Shown: in pieces, positions 63,895-64,000 of the stretch
Layout: every line of letters starts with the position of its first letter
Numbering within the stretch: position 1 is the first letter of the stretch
Source of the DNA: an uncultured Candidatus Saccharibacteria bacterium
Lineage (GTDB): Bacteria > Patescibacteriota > Minisyncoccia > UBA6257
Reading direction: 5' to 3'
DNA: 64,000 nt
Assembly: GCA_964479005.1 (NCBI GenBank)
Contig: CAYZJA010000001.1
Span: forward strand, 32,001 to 96,000
Program-made: the position numbers and the translations under genes
The notes under the pieces: generated by a model
Databases searched by the model: none
The model's input: the letters and a program-made list of their open reading frames with translations, nothing else
What the model was told of the DNA's origin: nothing

Positions 63895-64000
63895 TGAAAA
63901 AGAAAAACAATTCTAAAAATTCAAAAACAAACGGTATTTTTTTTCTCAAAGTTAAATATTTAGATATTAAAACAGGGCATCCTTGGATTGTTATTATTAA
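63895..64000 (+). CDS. Thymidine/AMP phosphorylase family protein, 3'-truncated by the window edge
   Basis: N-terminal LKVKYLDIKTGHPWIVIIN resembles the N-terminal domain of archaeal-type AMP phosphorylases. Confidence 0.45.

Overview
The window is an AT-rich stretch of a small, streamlined bacterial genome, most likely a Candidate Phyla Radiation/Patescibacteria-type organism. Positions 1-31 kb and 56-64 kb carry ordinary housekeeping genes: a partial smc, a KH-domain protein, trmD, rpoB, rpoC, clpB, pth, an LCP-family protein, lepB, hisS, rpsU, ybeY, ftsA, ftsZ, nrdD, nrdG, a split comEC, aspS, rpmB, a ferredoxin, a tRNA-Pro-like gene, rlmE, a P-type ATPase, rarA, plsC, a CaCA antiporter, an HD phosphohydrolase, rsmI, prs and a partial AMP/thymidine phosphorylase. 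Positions ~31-56 kb form an accessory island of short, mostly single-gene units, all on the + strand, whose products look like conflict or host-interaction proteins. From ~35 kb to ~52.3 kb almost every gene is directly preceded by the same ~30-nt motif (consensus AAAAGGTCAAAAATTAATTGAAAAATAAAAAT-ATG), at least 17 copies in total. Inside this array, a GHKL-ATPase/HEPN protein is translationally coupled (ATGA overlap) to a B12-binding radical SAM enzyme; I consider this pair, together with the motif array itself, the best candidate for an undescribed system. Other signals: a hairpin element with a conserved loop present twice (2.6 kb and 33.7 kb); a GC-rich structured intergenic element before rpmB; a short repeat family (TTCAGGACAAGTTG); several promoter-terminator pairs that look like small RNAs; and a shared palindromic operator in front of two small minus-strand genes. 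All calls rest on reading the six-frame translations and the raw sequence by eye; no searches were run.
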